The position numbers and the translations under genes are program-made. Below, one piece after another: positions 14,757 through 28,399 of a stretch of 64,000 bases of DNA (its first letter is position 1; each line of letters starts with the position of its first letter). Below the pieces are notes generated by a model. That model saw nothing but the letters and a program-made list of their open reading frames with translations. It did not search any database and was not told the DNA's origin. The stretch comes from Chrysomallon squamiferum (taxonomy: Eukaryota > Animalia > Mollusca): assembly GCA_012295275.1 (NCBI GenBank), contig CM022678.1:3472001-3536000 (forward strand). The letters run 5' to 3'.

Positions 14757-16905
14757 CAGATATGTTAAGTAAAGCAAAGTCACGTTAGTTAATTAATTAA
14801 GTCTAATTACCTGGTAACATATCGTGGCTATTGGATTGTTTGTGTACCCAACCAGGACCTGTGCACCTTTGCCCACACACCTACCCATGGAGTAGTCATC
14901 ATGTACACGCCCTCCAATACGATCCCTGGCCTCCAACACTGTCACCTGCATTATATTAAATAATTGTTTTTTTGAAAAGAAAAATAGACAGAAAAAAGAA
15001 AAAAAGACAAAAAGAAAGAAAAAGAAAAAAAAAAGAAAAAAGAAAGAAAAAGAAAAAAATAAAATATATAAAAAAAGAAAGATTAAATAAAATATAAATG
15101 AAATGAAAAAAAAAAAAAAAAAAAAGAAATGAAATAAAAGAAATGAAAGAAAAAAGAACGAAAGAAAGAAAAAAGAAAAAGAATTAAAAAAAAGATTAAA
15201 TAAAATATATATGAAATGAAAAGGAAAAGAAAGAAAAAGAAAAGATATGCAAAGAAAAAAAGATAAGAAAAATTAAAGAAATGAAAAACAGAAGGAAAAG
15301 AGAAATAAAGAAAAAGAACGAATAAGAGAACAAATATTTACTAAGTGAAACTGTAAAATTTTGAAACAGTCAAACCCAAGAGTTTTTTTTCTCTCTCTTT
15401 TTTTCAAAACATTTACACTTACAAATTTTATTTTTTATAGATGCTGTAACATTTGCTTCCAAGGTTTGTGTTAATGTGATACTCATTTCAAATTTTCTTT
15501 AAAATAACTTCTTCAGTTTATAAAATAAAAGCTGTTAGATAAAAGTAACCTTGCTGTTAATAGTGTATGAGGTAACAAATTGCAGCTAGAATTACTGGAT
15601 TTGTTAACATTCCCTTCCAAAATTTATAACAGGATTTATATAATCACTGCAATTTTTGTAAGATAAATATTTGGTTTATAAAAAAAAAAAGCTGTTAGAT
15701 AAAAGTAACCTTGCTGCCACAGTATATGAGGCAATGTACTGCAGCTAGAATTATTGGATTTGTTAACATTCCCTTCCAAAATTTATAACAGGATTTATAT
15801 AATCACCGGAATTTTTGAAAGATAAATTTTTAGTTTATAAAAGAAAAGCTGTAAGATAAAAGAAAAGCTGTAAGATAAAAGTAACCTTGCTGCAGAATGT
15901 GTGAGGATACAAACTGCAGCTAGAATTATTGGATTTGTTAACATTCCCTTCTGAAATTTATAACAGGATTTATATAATCACTGCAATTTTTGTAAGATAA
16001 ATTTTTAGTTTGATAAAATAAAAGCTGTAAGATAAAAGTAACCTTGCTGCCATAGTGTGTGAGATAACGAGCTGCAGCTAGACCACTGGCTCCTGCTCCT
16101 ATGATCAGAACCTCCTTCTGTAATGTAAACAAACAGTAATGTACGTTTGTTGTTAAGAGAAATTTCTTAAGAAATCTGTTTCTGGAATTTTTAAATGTAC
16201 ATTTATTTAAGAGAAGAAATGTAGACAAATGAAATTTCTTAACAGGAGTAACCCATGTTCACATAAGTAACAAACTGTGAATGTTCTATCCACATATAAT
16301 AATTTTAACATTTATCAAAATTAAATCACCTTTTATTATTATTGTTAGTAGTAGTAGTAGATGTAATAGTAGTAGTAGATATAATAGTAGTAATAATAAT
16401 AGTAATGATAGTAGTATTGTATAATTACTACTACTGTTATTACTATTACTATCATCATCATCATCATTTTTACAGTATCATTATTATAACTACTACAACT
16501 AGTACTATTAATATTGTTATTATTTTCTTTTGTAATAACTATAAATAAAATCTGTTTCTGGAATTTTTATTTATTTAATCATTATAATTTTTCCCCCCGA
16601 GTTCTTTTTACTTTACTGGTTGCTATGATGTCAAAATTTCAACCACCATAGTGTTCACTTTACCACTGTGTTATAACAGAATCTCTCACACACGACATTT
16701 TGCAAGACCCAGTCCAGTACAAAACCTGGACATCATCATCTACTTCTACAACAAACCAAAACCTTTTTTTAAAATAAGCTGAATGGCCACATGCACCACA
16801 GAGGGAAAGAAATAAAATGAATAACATAACACCTTATTGAATAAATAAAAAATAAAAATAAATAAATAAATGGAATAAAAAATAAAAAAAAAAAAATAAA
16901 ATGAA

Positions 16906-16936
<31 letters not shown>

Positions 16937-19034
16937 ACGAATGGATGAACAGAATGGGATGGATGGATAAATGAAACAAAACAGTTTTTTTTATTATTTC
17001 AATTTTTTTTTGAATGAATTTGTGTTTTTTGGGCCAGGGTGAGGGGATCAGGTGGAGGTTTCAACAGTCCTGTGTTGATGTATCCTTTCTTGGTCAAGAA
17101 CCAGATCAATGGATGAATGAATCCTTGACCAATCGAATTCTTGAAAGAATGAATGACAGATCAAGTGACCTATGCAGTCTTCCTTGGATGGCCATTGCTG
17201 TAAATAAACAAAATAATTATTTTTAAGATAAGTATTTTCTTTGTAACAAAGAATCAAGAAGTGTCGTTAATTGAATGAATGAATGGATGAACGAATGGTT
17301 GGATGGATGAATGGATGGATGGATGGATGGATGGATGAATGGATGTATAAGCTATCATTATTTGCTTAGAAATTTTTTTTTAGGTTACAGAACTTTAGGG
17401 ATTTCAGAATTTTTAATAAGAGATGTTCACTGTATCCAAAAATATTTTTAAAAATTTTCTTTTGTATCTCAGCATTTAAACTTTAATAAAGGATTATTTG
17501 AATCAGATTACAATATATGAATGTTAAAATCAGAAAATGTTTTGGGTTTTTATTTTAAATCTGTAGAGTGATCGACTCACCTTGATGTTTTCTGACCAGC
17601 GAGACAGAACGAGGTTGCGAATGCCGAGGTACATGACTGGGTGTGTCCCTGCGATGTGGGGGAACTCTTGGATTTCTTCATCCTCCATTGCTGCGGGGTG
17701 CAAGCTGAACGCGTGCTGAGGTTCTGTCGGGGACTGGAATGGTCGAACATACTCACAGCAGGCAATGATGTCTGTAATGTGAAATAAATTTGTATCTAAA
17801 CATTATAGTAAAAAAATGTTTTAATAAATCTGTGTGTGTGATTATTTTGTAAAGATCATATAAAATATGTAATAAATGTATGTGAAATTTATTTTGTAAA
17901 TATCATATAAAATATGTAATAAAATGTATGTGTAATTTATTTTGTAAATATAAAAATATGTAAAATTAATATTAATTATTTTTTTTAATATTTTGTAATT
18001 ATTTTTATTATTTAAATTTTTTATTATTTATTTATTTATTTATTTATTTATAATAATAACAATAGCGATTTGGAAGAAAACACTGAATTTAATATATTTG
18101 ATAAATTACAAAGTGTTAAATAAATTTCTTTTTAACTATTTTTAAACTAAACCACACACACACACACACACACATGGACACACACACATGGACACACAGT
18201 AAAAACATACACACTCAAAACACACACACACACATCAAAAAAACAACAACTACACATATGCACACACCAACCACCCATCCACACACACAAACACACACAC
18301 ACACCCAGCTTACCCATTGGTTTTGCTTTGAGGGCTGGTATTTTGGTGTCCGATGCACTAAGACCTATTTTCTCTGGGTAGTACTCAGACACGATGCTGA
18401 ATGTTGATGTGGGCTGCAGGTATGGAGGACTACTAAGCTGTGAAAACCAGTTCGGATCATTCGCTAAACTTGCTCGCTAAACAGAAGATGAAAACAGTGA
18501 CGTGATTGAATATTAATAGTTTAAGAAGAAAAAAAAAGAGGAAACAATATTAAACCAGTAATATCATTTTCTATACCTGCTCTATAACAATAAAAAAAAA
18601 TTAGGGAAAAAAGTAACAATAAAAATAAAATAATATAGTAAAAAAATACTTTCATTACCACGTTATTATATAATTTATAACAAAAAAAAAGAAAAAGCAA
18701 CAAAAGGCCTTGAAATAAAACTGTTAATTTTAGAGTGTTTCCAACTCTGCACTTTTAATTAATTAACTTCCATATTTTAATTGAAAACAATTTTTTTGTT
18801 CATAAAAAATATACCTTTTTGAAAGATTTTCCTGTTAATTTTGGACATATATATTTTTCAAATGTTATTATTATATATAAAAATAAATAAAAATGAATTA
18901 TAAATCTATAAAACTCACGTCATCTTCTGGTATACAGCAAGCAGCAAACTGTTTCTCTTTCTGAAAATTAGTAAAAATAATAATAATAATAATAATCATA
19001 ATAATAATAATAATAATTGTAATAATAATAATAA

Positions 19035-19089
<55 letters not shown>

Positions 19090-21226
19090 AATTATAATAA
19101 GAACAATGATAATAGTAAAAAGGAAAGTCAGGTTGGAAATGATGATTATGATGATATTAATATTAATAAAAATAAATTAAAAATAATAAAGAAATAATAA
19201 TATATAGCAATAACAGTATGAGCAGCAACAAAAACAAAAGTGGTAATAATTTTAATAGTAATAACAACAATATTTATCAATCTGAATACATTTTATAAAA
19301 ATATCTGAACATATTAAAATTATTAAATATCTTTTAAAAATGAGACGACAAATCCTGAAATAGAAATATTTATATCAACAACCGTCATTACTATTTAACA
19401 ATTATGATTAATATCTTTATTTATAACACTAAATCTTAATACTGACTTCAGAATTAATACATATTTTTAAATTTTTTTTTTTCACTATTCAAATAACAAA
19501 TCTTTACACTGAATTTAGATCTAACACAACTGTTTGACACACACAAAAACTACTCACTTTGACACCTAGCAACGACATCCCACACACGTATTTGTTGATG
19601 AACTCTGGGGTGAGGACAGCGTCGCGACTCAGCTGTCGCCACTTTCTGCATGACGACAGAGTGCACTGGACCCAGTAGGGAAGACACTGGTCACACATGA
19701 ATACACGCTGGGACGGTTCAGTGGTTCCCTGGGTCGACCAGACGTGTTTCCACTTCTCAAACACTTCGTAACCCTCTTTGTAGCTGTGTAGAATAAACAG
19801 TACTCACATGTGTTGTTTGTTTGTTTTTTTCATTGCTTTTATGTAATTCTAAATAAAACTGAATCAATGTGTTTTATTTTCCACTTCTCAAACACTAGCT
19901 GTGTGGAATAAGCGATACTGATATGTGTTGTTTGTTTGATTTTTTCATTGCTTTTATGTAATTCTAAATAAACTGAATCAAAGGGTTGTCTTGTGTGTGC
20001 ATTACATGCAAGTGTAAATGTGTACATGTGGATACATCTGCATGCATGTATGCTGTATAAGACAAATAGTATGTGAAGGCTTTTAAAGTTTAATTTTGTT
20101 ACAAAATACAAGGACTAACACAGGCACACATACACTGAGAAACAAATTTATATTCACCTTCTGTAGAAATGTTCAAAACATTCTTTACAGGTATTGTTTT
20201 GTATTTGAGAATTGAGCATGGATATATATAAATAGTCATACATTTATAGATACACGTATATATAAAATGATTTACCTTCTGTAGAAGTGTTCAAAACATT
20301 CATTGCAGTAGTGTTCACCATCTGAGATGTGGTACCAGCGAGAAGTGTAACCATTTCCAGCACATCTGTCAAACACAAGAAGCAACAAAATAAATTTTGT
20401 GAAAGAAAAAAACAAAAAAACAAAAAACGTTAAGAAATACAGTTGCTTATTTATGAGTTTTCTTTCGACAATGAAAATGACACATTTTTTAATGCACATA
20501 AATTAAAAATGGTTTCACTTGTTAGTAGTGGCAGTAATAAGCATAATGATGTAAACAAATCAATGGATCTCTTTCAAACTATGCAAATAACAAAACACTG
20601 ATTAGGATTTTACTGCTATACGTATCTACATGTCATGATCCTACCTCCCTCCTCTCTCTCTTATGACTCTCTGTTTTTCTCTGTGTGTGTTCATGTATAT
20701 ATAAACACACACACACACACACATTAGTGTGTATGTGTATGTAATTGTTGTTATATATTTCACTCTATCAATAAATCTATCAATAAATTTCTAAATTAAA
20801 ACAATATAAGAATTTTATTTTACTTGTTTGTGGCATTAACAAAACAAATTGGCATTTTCGTGTGACATCCTGATCGCTCGCATTTTCGCAAATTCTTTGC
20901 TTTGACAGCAGAATCTTCTGTCTCATCTTCAGAGCCTTCTAGATATTTAGAATTTCTCTTTAATCCTCTAGCAGGTCTGAAAAAAAAATATATATATATA
21001 AAAAATATTTTACAATATTCATTGATCTATGTCTTTAATTACCTTGAACACTCTAGTATATGCTAAAAACATTCACGTTTGTATTTGAGTTGTAAAAGAA
21101 AAAGGCAGATTCATGAGTTTAAAGATTAAGTTTTTAAAATGATCAGAATTGTTACCTTTTTTGTGAAGCATTTGCCTTCACAGAGTCATACATCCCACTT
21201 CCAAAAGTTGTAGGTTTGATATCCAT
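9056..21226 (-). CDS. KDM1B: Lysine-specific histone demethylase 1B (LSD2/AOF1): C4H2C2 zinc finger, zf-CW, SWIRM and FAD amine-oxidase domains; 19 coding exons
   Basis: Coding exons on minus strand: 21226-21156, 20976-20824, 20365-20276, 19783-19558, 18960-18919, 18476-18314, 17771-17581, 17197-~17020, 16117-16043, 14945-14811, 14375-14204, 13798-13740, 13561-13361, 13051-12977, 12791-12675, 12309-12181, 11663-11537, 9834-9682, 9148-9056. Peptides RKCERSGC..PICF..CAGNGYTSRWYHISDGEHYCNECFEHFYR, LPYWVQCTLSSCRKWRQL, VLIIGAGASGLAAAR (GxGxxG), [40 protein letters not shown]. Two exons carry apparent frameshifts (see findings). Confidence 0.95.
10349..11575. repeat. 72-bp minisatellite (~17 units) built from a KDM1B exon 3' end, its donor site and 33 nt of intron
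   Basis: Minus-strand unit ATGTGTTTGGAAGTCTTGAGAACTCTATTTCCAGAAACC|GTAAGTGTTTCTATTCACTTTTTTAATATTTAA; the final unit is the real exon end (MCLEVLRTLFPET). Confidence 0.95.
12519..12593. repeat. (AG)n microsatellite
   Basis: Direct observation. Confidence 0.95.
15440..16083. repeat. Diverged ~160-bp tandem repeat (3 full copies plus 1 decayed) containing the KDM1B exon end LAAARYLTHYGSK and its donor
   Basis: aagtaaccttgctg...ctgcagctaga recurs at ~15543, ~15703 and ~15880; the real exon end is at 16037-16083. Confidence 0.9.
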
Positions 21227-21242
21227 ATTTTTTTCTTGTTTT

Positions 21243-21330
21243 TTTAATAACAGGTAGAACAGTTAGCAAAGAATCACTTCATTGCTTCAAGTGTGGAATA
21301 AAATATACCTGGCGAAAAAAATAAATTAAT

Positions 21331-21366
<36 letters not shown>

Positions 21367-22792
21367 CAAACACATACACACACACACACACACACACATA
21401 TAATGACATATATAATACAAATAAAACAAATAAAACTCAATATATATATTTTTCAGATATATGCTTGCATATACATACATACATACATACATACATACAT
21501 ACATACATGCATATATATATATATATATATACATGTATGTATGTATACATATATGTGAAATATTTCTATATTGATTTTTACTTTTATGTATATGGTATTA
21601 TATAAAGGATATTTATCTTGATTTTAAAAGAAAAAATTCACTAAAGATTCACTTTTCTGCTTCAGCTGCAGAGTAAAATATATAAGTAAAAATAACACAA
21701 CCAAAAATAAAACACCAATTAAAAGTATACCTGATGTATAAACGATATTTATGTTATTTAAATGTATGTAATATTATGATCAATTTTTTTTTTATTTGTG
21801 ATTTGATGCTGTCAAAAACATGACACACAATATTTTACTCAGCAATCACTGACAATTACATGGCAGTAAAACTGACCAAAATACTTACTCTATACATGAT
21901 GATTTTTGTCTTGATATTAAAAGCATCAGTAAAACATTGACAAATTATCAAACCAAATTTTAAAAAAAGGAAAAAAGGAATAAGAAAGAGAAACAGTAAT
22001 GATCATGCTGTAAATCAAATCTAATAACTAATTTGTTATAATAATATCAAAATGAGTTTCAAGACAGTCAGTTATCTGGTTTGCTATATTTCTATCCATG
22101 CCATTATGTGAAATTCTCTATAGATTCTTCAAATTATTGTTTTTATTTACGTTTATTATTTATTTATTTATAATAGTAACAATAATAATATGCATAATAT
22201 TAAATTACAATAATACCATAAAATACCATAATACCTAGACAGAAAAAAAAGAGAAAAAAAAAGTACCCACACACACACAACTACTTCAAAAGATTATTTA
22301 TATTGCTGATAACATGATCTGTATTGCTGATAACATTTCTATTTTCATAAAAATGAGTCAGTAAGGGAAACAGATTTCATTCAATTCCCTTCCTCCAACA
22401 AACTATATCCTGAATAAAGATTTCCTCAGATTTTTGTTTGGTATAATCTGGACTGCATAAAAAATAAGCAACATAAATATTTAAAAAAACGTCATGCATC
22501 TGGAGAAGATGACCAACAGTGTGAAATTTGGATTGAGGCTTTTTTTCCGCCAAACAAACAGTTGACATGGCATGGAAGAAAGATTATAGTTCATTGGTTG
22601 CTACAGATTAAAATAGAATAATTTATTATTAAAAATCTAAATTCAATAATCAAGTAAAATTTAAATTTATTAATAACTTTAATACTAAGAATTAAGTCCT
22701 ATTTTTACAGTAATGATTTGTAAATAACAGGTAGAACAGTCAGCAAAGAATCACTTCATTGCTTCAAGTGTGAAAAAAAATATACCTGGTAA

Positions 22793-22826
<34 letters not shown>

Positions 22827-22845
22827 CACACACATATATATATAA

Positions 22846-22876
<31 letters not shown>

Positions 22877-23006
22877 ACAGATATAATACCAGAAACAAAT
22901 AAAAATCAATATCTATATTTTTCATATATATGCTTGCATATATATATATATATATATATATGTACATAAATATTTGCATGCATACACACACACACACACA
23001 AATATG

Positions 23007-23055
<49 letters not shown>

Positions 23056-23471
23056 ACATATATATGCAAGCACATATGTGAAGTATGTGTAAATTGATTT
23101 TTATTTATATGTTTCTGGTATTACATAAAGGATATTTATCTTGATTTTAAAAGAAAAAATTCACAAAAAATAACACAACCAAAAATAAAACACTGATTAA
23201 AAGTATAACTGATGTACAAATGATATTTATGTTATTTAAATGTATGTAATATTATGGTCAAATCAAATCTAATAAGTAATTTGTTATAATAATATCAAAA
23301 TGAGTTTCAAGACAGTCAGTTAACTGGTTTGTTTATTGAAAGTGCTGTGATTCTTCTACCCCTTCTCTTTACAGTTTGCACCATTGCTATATTTCTGTCC
23401 ATGCCATTATATGAAATTCTCTATAGATTCTTCAAATTATTGTTTTTATTTATTTTTAGTATTTTTAGTAT

Positions 23472-23503
<32 letters not shown>

Positions 23504-24608
23504 TAATAACAACAATAATACACATAATGTTAAAATAAAATACCTGGACAGAAAAAAGAAAAAAAACCAAAGTACCGACACACACACACACGCACGCACA
23601 CACTCACATAATGACATATATAATACAGAAACAAATAAAAATCAATATATATATTTTTCAGATATATGCTTGCATATACATACATACATACATAAATATT
23701 TGCATGCCTACACACATACATACACACACACACGCATATATATATATATATGTGTGTGTATGTATGTATATATGTATGTATACATATATATGCAAGCACA
23801 TATATGAAATATTTCTGTATTGATTTTTACTCATATGTATCTGGTATTATATAAAGGATATTTATCTTGATTTTAAAAGAAAAAAATTCAGTAAAGATTC
23901 ACTTTTCTGCTTCTGTAAAAATAACACAACAAAAAATAAAATACTGATTAAAAGTATACCTGATGTATAAACGATATTTATGTTATTTAAATGTATGTAA
24001 TATTATGGTCAATTTTTTTTTTTTTTTTGTGATTTGATGCTGTCAAAAATATGACACACAATATTTTACTCAGCAATCACTGACACTTACATGGCAGTAA
24101 AACTGACCAAAATACTTACTCTATACATTAAATGATATTTGTCTTGATATTAAAAACATCAGTAAAACATTGACAAATTATAAAACCAAATTTTAAAAAA
24201 AGAAAAAAGGAAAAAGAAAGAGAAACAGAAATGATCATGCTGTAAATCAAATCTAATAAGTAATTTGTTATAATAATATCAAAATGAGTTTCAAGACAAT
24301 CAGTTAACTGGTTTGTTTATTGAAAGTGTTGAGATTCTTCTACCCTTCTCTTTACAGTTTGCACCATTGCTATATTTCTGTCCATGCCATTATATGAAAT
24401 TCTCTACAGATTCTTCAAATTATTGTTTTTACAAACACTGAAACAGTTGACATGGCATGGAAAAAAGATTATAGTTCATTGGTTGCTACAGATTAAAGTA
24501 GAATAAATTATTATTAAAAATCTAAACTTAATAATCAAGTAAAATTTAAATTTATTAATAACTTTAATACTAAGAATTAAGTTTTATTTTTACAGTAATG
24601 ATTTGTAA
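21243..24608. repeat. Nested segmental duplication filling KDM1B intron 1 (three ~0.8-0.9 kb core copies)
   Basis: The block ataaaggatatttatcttgattttaaaagaaaaaattca...gaaattctctatagattcttcaaattattgtttt occurs three times. 22556-22723 matches 24441-24608, and 21246-21310 matches 22724-22788. Confidence 0.9.
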
Positions 24609-24904
24609 TAGTAATAAAGAAGTATATTCTCCTTTAGAACACAGAGGTTTAGAAATTAATTTCTGGTAATTACTAAATATAATCCAATTAAATAGCAGAA
24701 TGGTCTTGATCTGCGTTTTCTACTGTAAAAATCGCCAATTAGTATCATCTACATTTTACGACCCTCTGGGCATTTTTAGCTGTCAAAGGAAAATGCAACA
24801 AGCCGACAAAGAGTTTAGATTTTACACGGAAAATATTGCAATAAAACAAATAGCGATATCACAGTAATGGATGCATATTTACTTTAAGTAGTTTAATAAC
24901 TTAC

Positions 24905-25010
24905 CTGTCAGTATTGCTTGAAAAATATCTTGTAAACACGAGATTATAAACAAAAATCACATACTTTGTTACAAATTTCGTGACAAAACAATGATCCGGA
25001 AGCCGGTGGT
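24905..25010 (-). promoter_or_regulatory. Probable non-coding first exon and core promoter of KDM1B
   Basis: Consensus donor CAG|GTAAGT at 24905/24904, ETS-type CCGGAAG at 24996-25002, and local CpG enrichment. Exon 2 (21308-21156) has an acceptor upstream of the ATG, so an upstream exon is required. Confidence 0.6.
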
Positions 25011-25210
25011 TTTCTTCTTATAAGAAAGATTTTACCAAGGGAGATTACTGTGTTTACACAAGCGAATCGCCGATCAATTTAAAAAAATAATAAAACCTAT
25101 GCGGATGTTCGTAAATCTTTTAAAGAAGTAATTCCTGTTACGTTTATAATAAAAATAAGTAATTGTGTGTACTTTCTTTTTCTTTTTTTAATTTTTTCTT
25201 TTCTCTCTTT

Positions 25211-25212
<2 letters not shown>

Positions 25213-25290
<78 letters not shown>
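25213..25290. repeat. (CT)n microsatellite upstream of KDM1B
   Basis: Direct observation. Confidence 0.95.
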
Positions 25291-25294
<4 letters not shown>

Positions 25295-25699
25295 TTCGAC
25301 CAGCCTGTGACGTAAATAGTTAATGTGTAAAGATTGTCTTCAAAATTAAAATTACCAAATGGGCGCGTATCAATCACATTAACGTTTATATTTCAATGAA
25401 AGAATGATTGCCCGAGGTCTAAAGGATACAACGATCGACTCTCGTTTGAATCCCTGTGGACAAAATTCTGTGAATAAAAAGTTAAGACTGAAAACATTAA
25501 TGTTCTGTTTAAGATGTTTTACAAGAGAAGGTGTGCCCGAGATACATTCAAACATAAAAAAAAGTAATAATAATAATATTCAGTGTTAATCAATTTAATA
25601 ATACCAACACCACCACCAACAACAATAATATAGTTTATAAAAGCATTTTCATGTCTTTAAATTTTAATTTAAAAACAAAATTCTTTTTCTTTTTTTTAT

Positions 25700-26710
25700 T
25701 ATTGAATAAAAACTAACAGAATGATTTAATAATAATAATTTTATTTCTTACAAATGATTCGTAAGAGAAAGAGTCCGTTTTTTTATTTTCATTTATTGTT
25801 CCTTTATTTTTTAGTTTTACTTTTTTCCTTTTTCTTTCTTGTTCTTTTTTATTTTCGTTTCTTCTTCTCTTTCTTTCTGTATTTCTGTACATTTGTATGT
25901 TTGTAGGCCAGTATGTGTTTTTATGTTGTGCGTTAATTAATGTTTATATTCTGTCAGTCTTTAAACACTCCGTCCATTCACCATCCTTTCTAATTATTCC
26001 TACTGCGTTTACTTATTTATTAACAACAAAAGCAAATTGTTTCATGTCGTTCACTGTTATAAATAATCACTGAATTCAACAAATGAAATTTAGAAGAGTA
26101 AGTCGAAATGTGTGAAAGAGAACATAAATAAACTGGACGAAAGGTCGTCTACACTGAAATAATTAAAACTTTCGTTTCGTTTGATAAAATGTCGATTCCA
26201 AAAAAAAAAATAATAATATCCGATTAAACAACCACACATTAATTTACTTAATTATACAGTTACTTTTGAATCGATAACTCTTGATACCATATTAAATAAT
26301 CTGAAAAAAAATAAAATAAAATAAAATAAATAAATAAATTAGATTTAAAGTACTCGGTGAAAATGCCGTAGCTATCTGCTATTTAAATTAACAAATACTC
26401 CGTCCTTGACCTTTCAGTTACTTACAGAACAGCAAGTGACGTTTTTACTATTGCTGACGTCATAACTCCCAAACAATGCGGTAACTAGGAAATCATTTCA
26501 ACGTCATACACCACCATGTTATAAAATGTTTGGAATTATTTTATAGCACTAGTGGCCATACCTTCAAGTATTTTAGTCCTGGTGCGATAGTGAATGTCAA
26601 CACTTTAGTAGTCCAAGGACAGACAAATGTTTGCTTTCTCTAATTTAATTTAATTTTTATTCAAACGTCATTCAAATAAATATTACATTAAAACAAATAA
26701 TAATGATAAA
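25700..26710. repeat. Dispersed ~1-kb repeat, copy A (inverted relative to 57405-59040)
   Basis: For example, ttgctttctctaatttaatttaatttttattcaaacgtcattcaaataaatattacattaaaacaaa (~26631) is the reverse complement of ~57411-57477; multiple colinear blocks. Confidence 0.9.
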
Positions 26711-26716
26711 GAAAAA

Positions 26717-26747
<31 letters not shown>

Positions 26748-27212
26748 AAATAAATAAACGTTTTAATGATTCAAACTTATTTAATAAATAATACTTAATG
26801 TTAAAAAGTAACTCCAATACAGCCAAATTTACAAGCACTCTTCAAGCATACACTAAATCCATTTATTTATTTAGTTAGCTTTTAATACTAAGAACAAACG
26901 TGTCAAATTATATTTTTCAAAATTTATTCTGTAATTTCAGACATTGCAACATTTAAAAAACCTACTTACAAACCCAGGATTTCAGAAGATGGAGGTTCCA
27001 GTATTAATATGGATGTAACTTTTAATATGAAATAAGTTTTCTAACAGAGAACAAAATTTATAGGGGAGATGATATATATGACTTAGTTAATACAAAAGCA
27101 GAAGTGAATTTTCAGATGTTCATTTAGGTTTAGGGCTACAAAATAAATATTTTACTGGTTATGTCCTTCACTTACCATTTATTTTGTACCATCCGTAACT
27201 AATATATATTTA

Positions 27213-27525
27213 AAAAAAATTATATTTATTTTTTTTTTTATTTCACTGTTCTAAAAAAAATTATATTTCTTCACCCTTTTTTGATGAGGATTCTTTTTAT
27301 TTCTAAAAAATTATATTTATTTTTTTTTTTATTTCACTGTTCTACTTAATATAAAGTCACAAATTTATTATAATCTTCACCCTGGTTTTTTGATGAGGAT
27401 TCTTATGAATTATAATGAAATATATTTATTTCATTGTTCTACTTAATATAAAGTCACAAATTTATTATAATATTCACCCTGGTTTTTTGATGAGGATTCT
27501 TATGAATTATAATGAAATATATTTG
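27213..27525. repeat. Short tandem duplications (~95-bp period) downstream of CAND1
   Basis: ttcaccc...ttttttgatgaggattctt and tgttctacttaatataaagtcacaaatttattataa recur 2-3 times. Confidence 0.85.
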
Positions 27526-28399
27526 TAAAAAAAAAAACCCTTTATTTCAAGTCAATATATTTATAATTTTAATCAGGGCTTTCAACTCATTGAAATAGTT
27601 TATATCTAGGACGTGACAAAATAATAATAACAATGATGATGGTGATGATGATGATACATTTAAAAAAAAAAAAAAAAAAAAAATAGCCAAAAATACATCC
27701 AACACAACAAATATCAGAGAAAAAAATCAAAAGGTTTCTTGAACTAAAATTTTATTTCTCTCATTCTTGTCCAAGAAAAAAAGTTCATTGCCAGCTTATC
27801 AAATCAATGACCTTTTTTTAATATCACCATTCACCGTTTAATCCTACCCACCCTTTTTTTTTTTTTTTTTTTGTTATTCAAGGGAGGTAAGCTAGCACAG
27901 TACAGAAGAATCCATTAGATGGAAATTTCTTCAGACATTCTCTTAAACTGAAAACCCTGTTAATAGGATGCAGTGTCAGTGAATTCAAAATAGCGTTAGT
28001 TCAGTGTGTTTTTAATTAAAGTTACCTCTGCAGAGACAACCTGTATGAATGCTACAACGATAATGTAAAACTGCAACTTCTGAACTATTTTCAGTATAAT
28101 GCTATTTATTTATTATTATTTTTCTTTTCTTTTTTTTGAAACACCGAGAAAAATGCCACAACATTGTCTCAATACACACGTGGTATCAAACACCAAATAA
28201 GTAAAAAAATAAGTAACAATAAATTAAAAAAAAATAACAACAGAAAAACCCCACAAATGTTATTGTGTATTTAAAATAAACTGCATTTTTGCTACTCTAA
28301 GCAAAATGTTATATATACATCCAGTTTTCATTACAGTTATTAATTTTATTAATAATCATGTGAAAAAAAAAATATATATAAAACAGAAAAAGAATTAAC

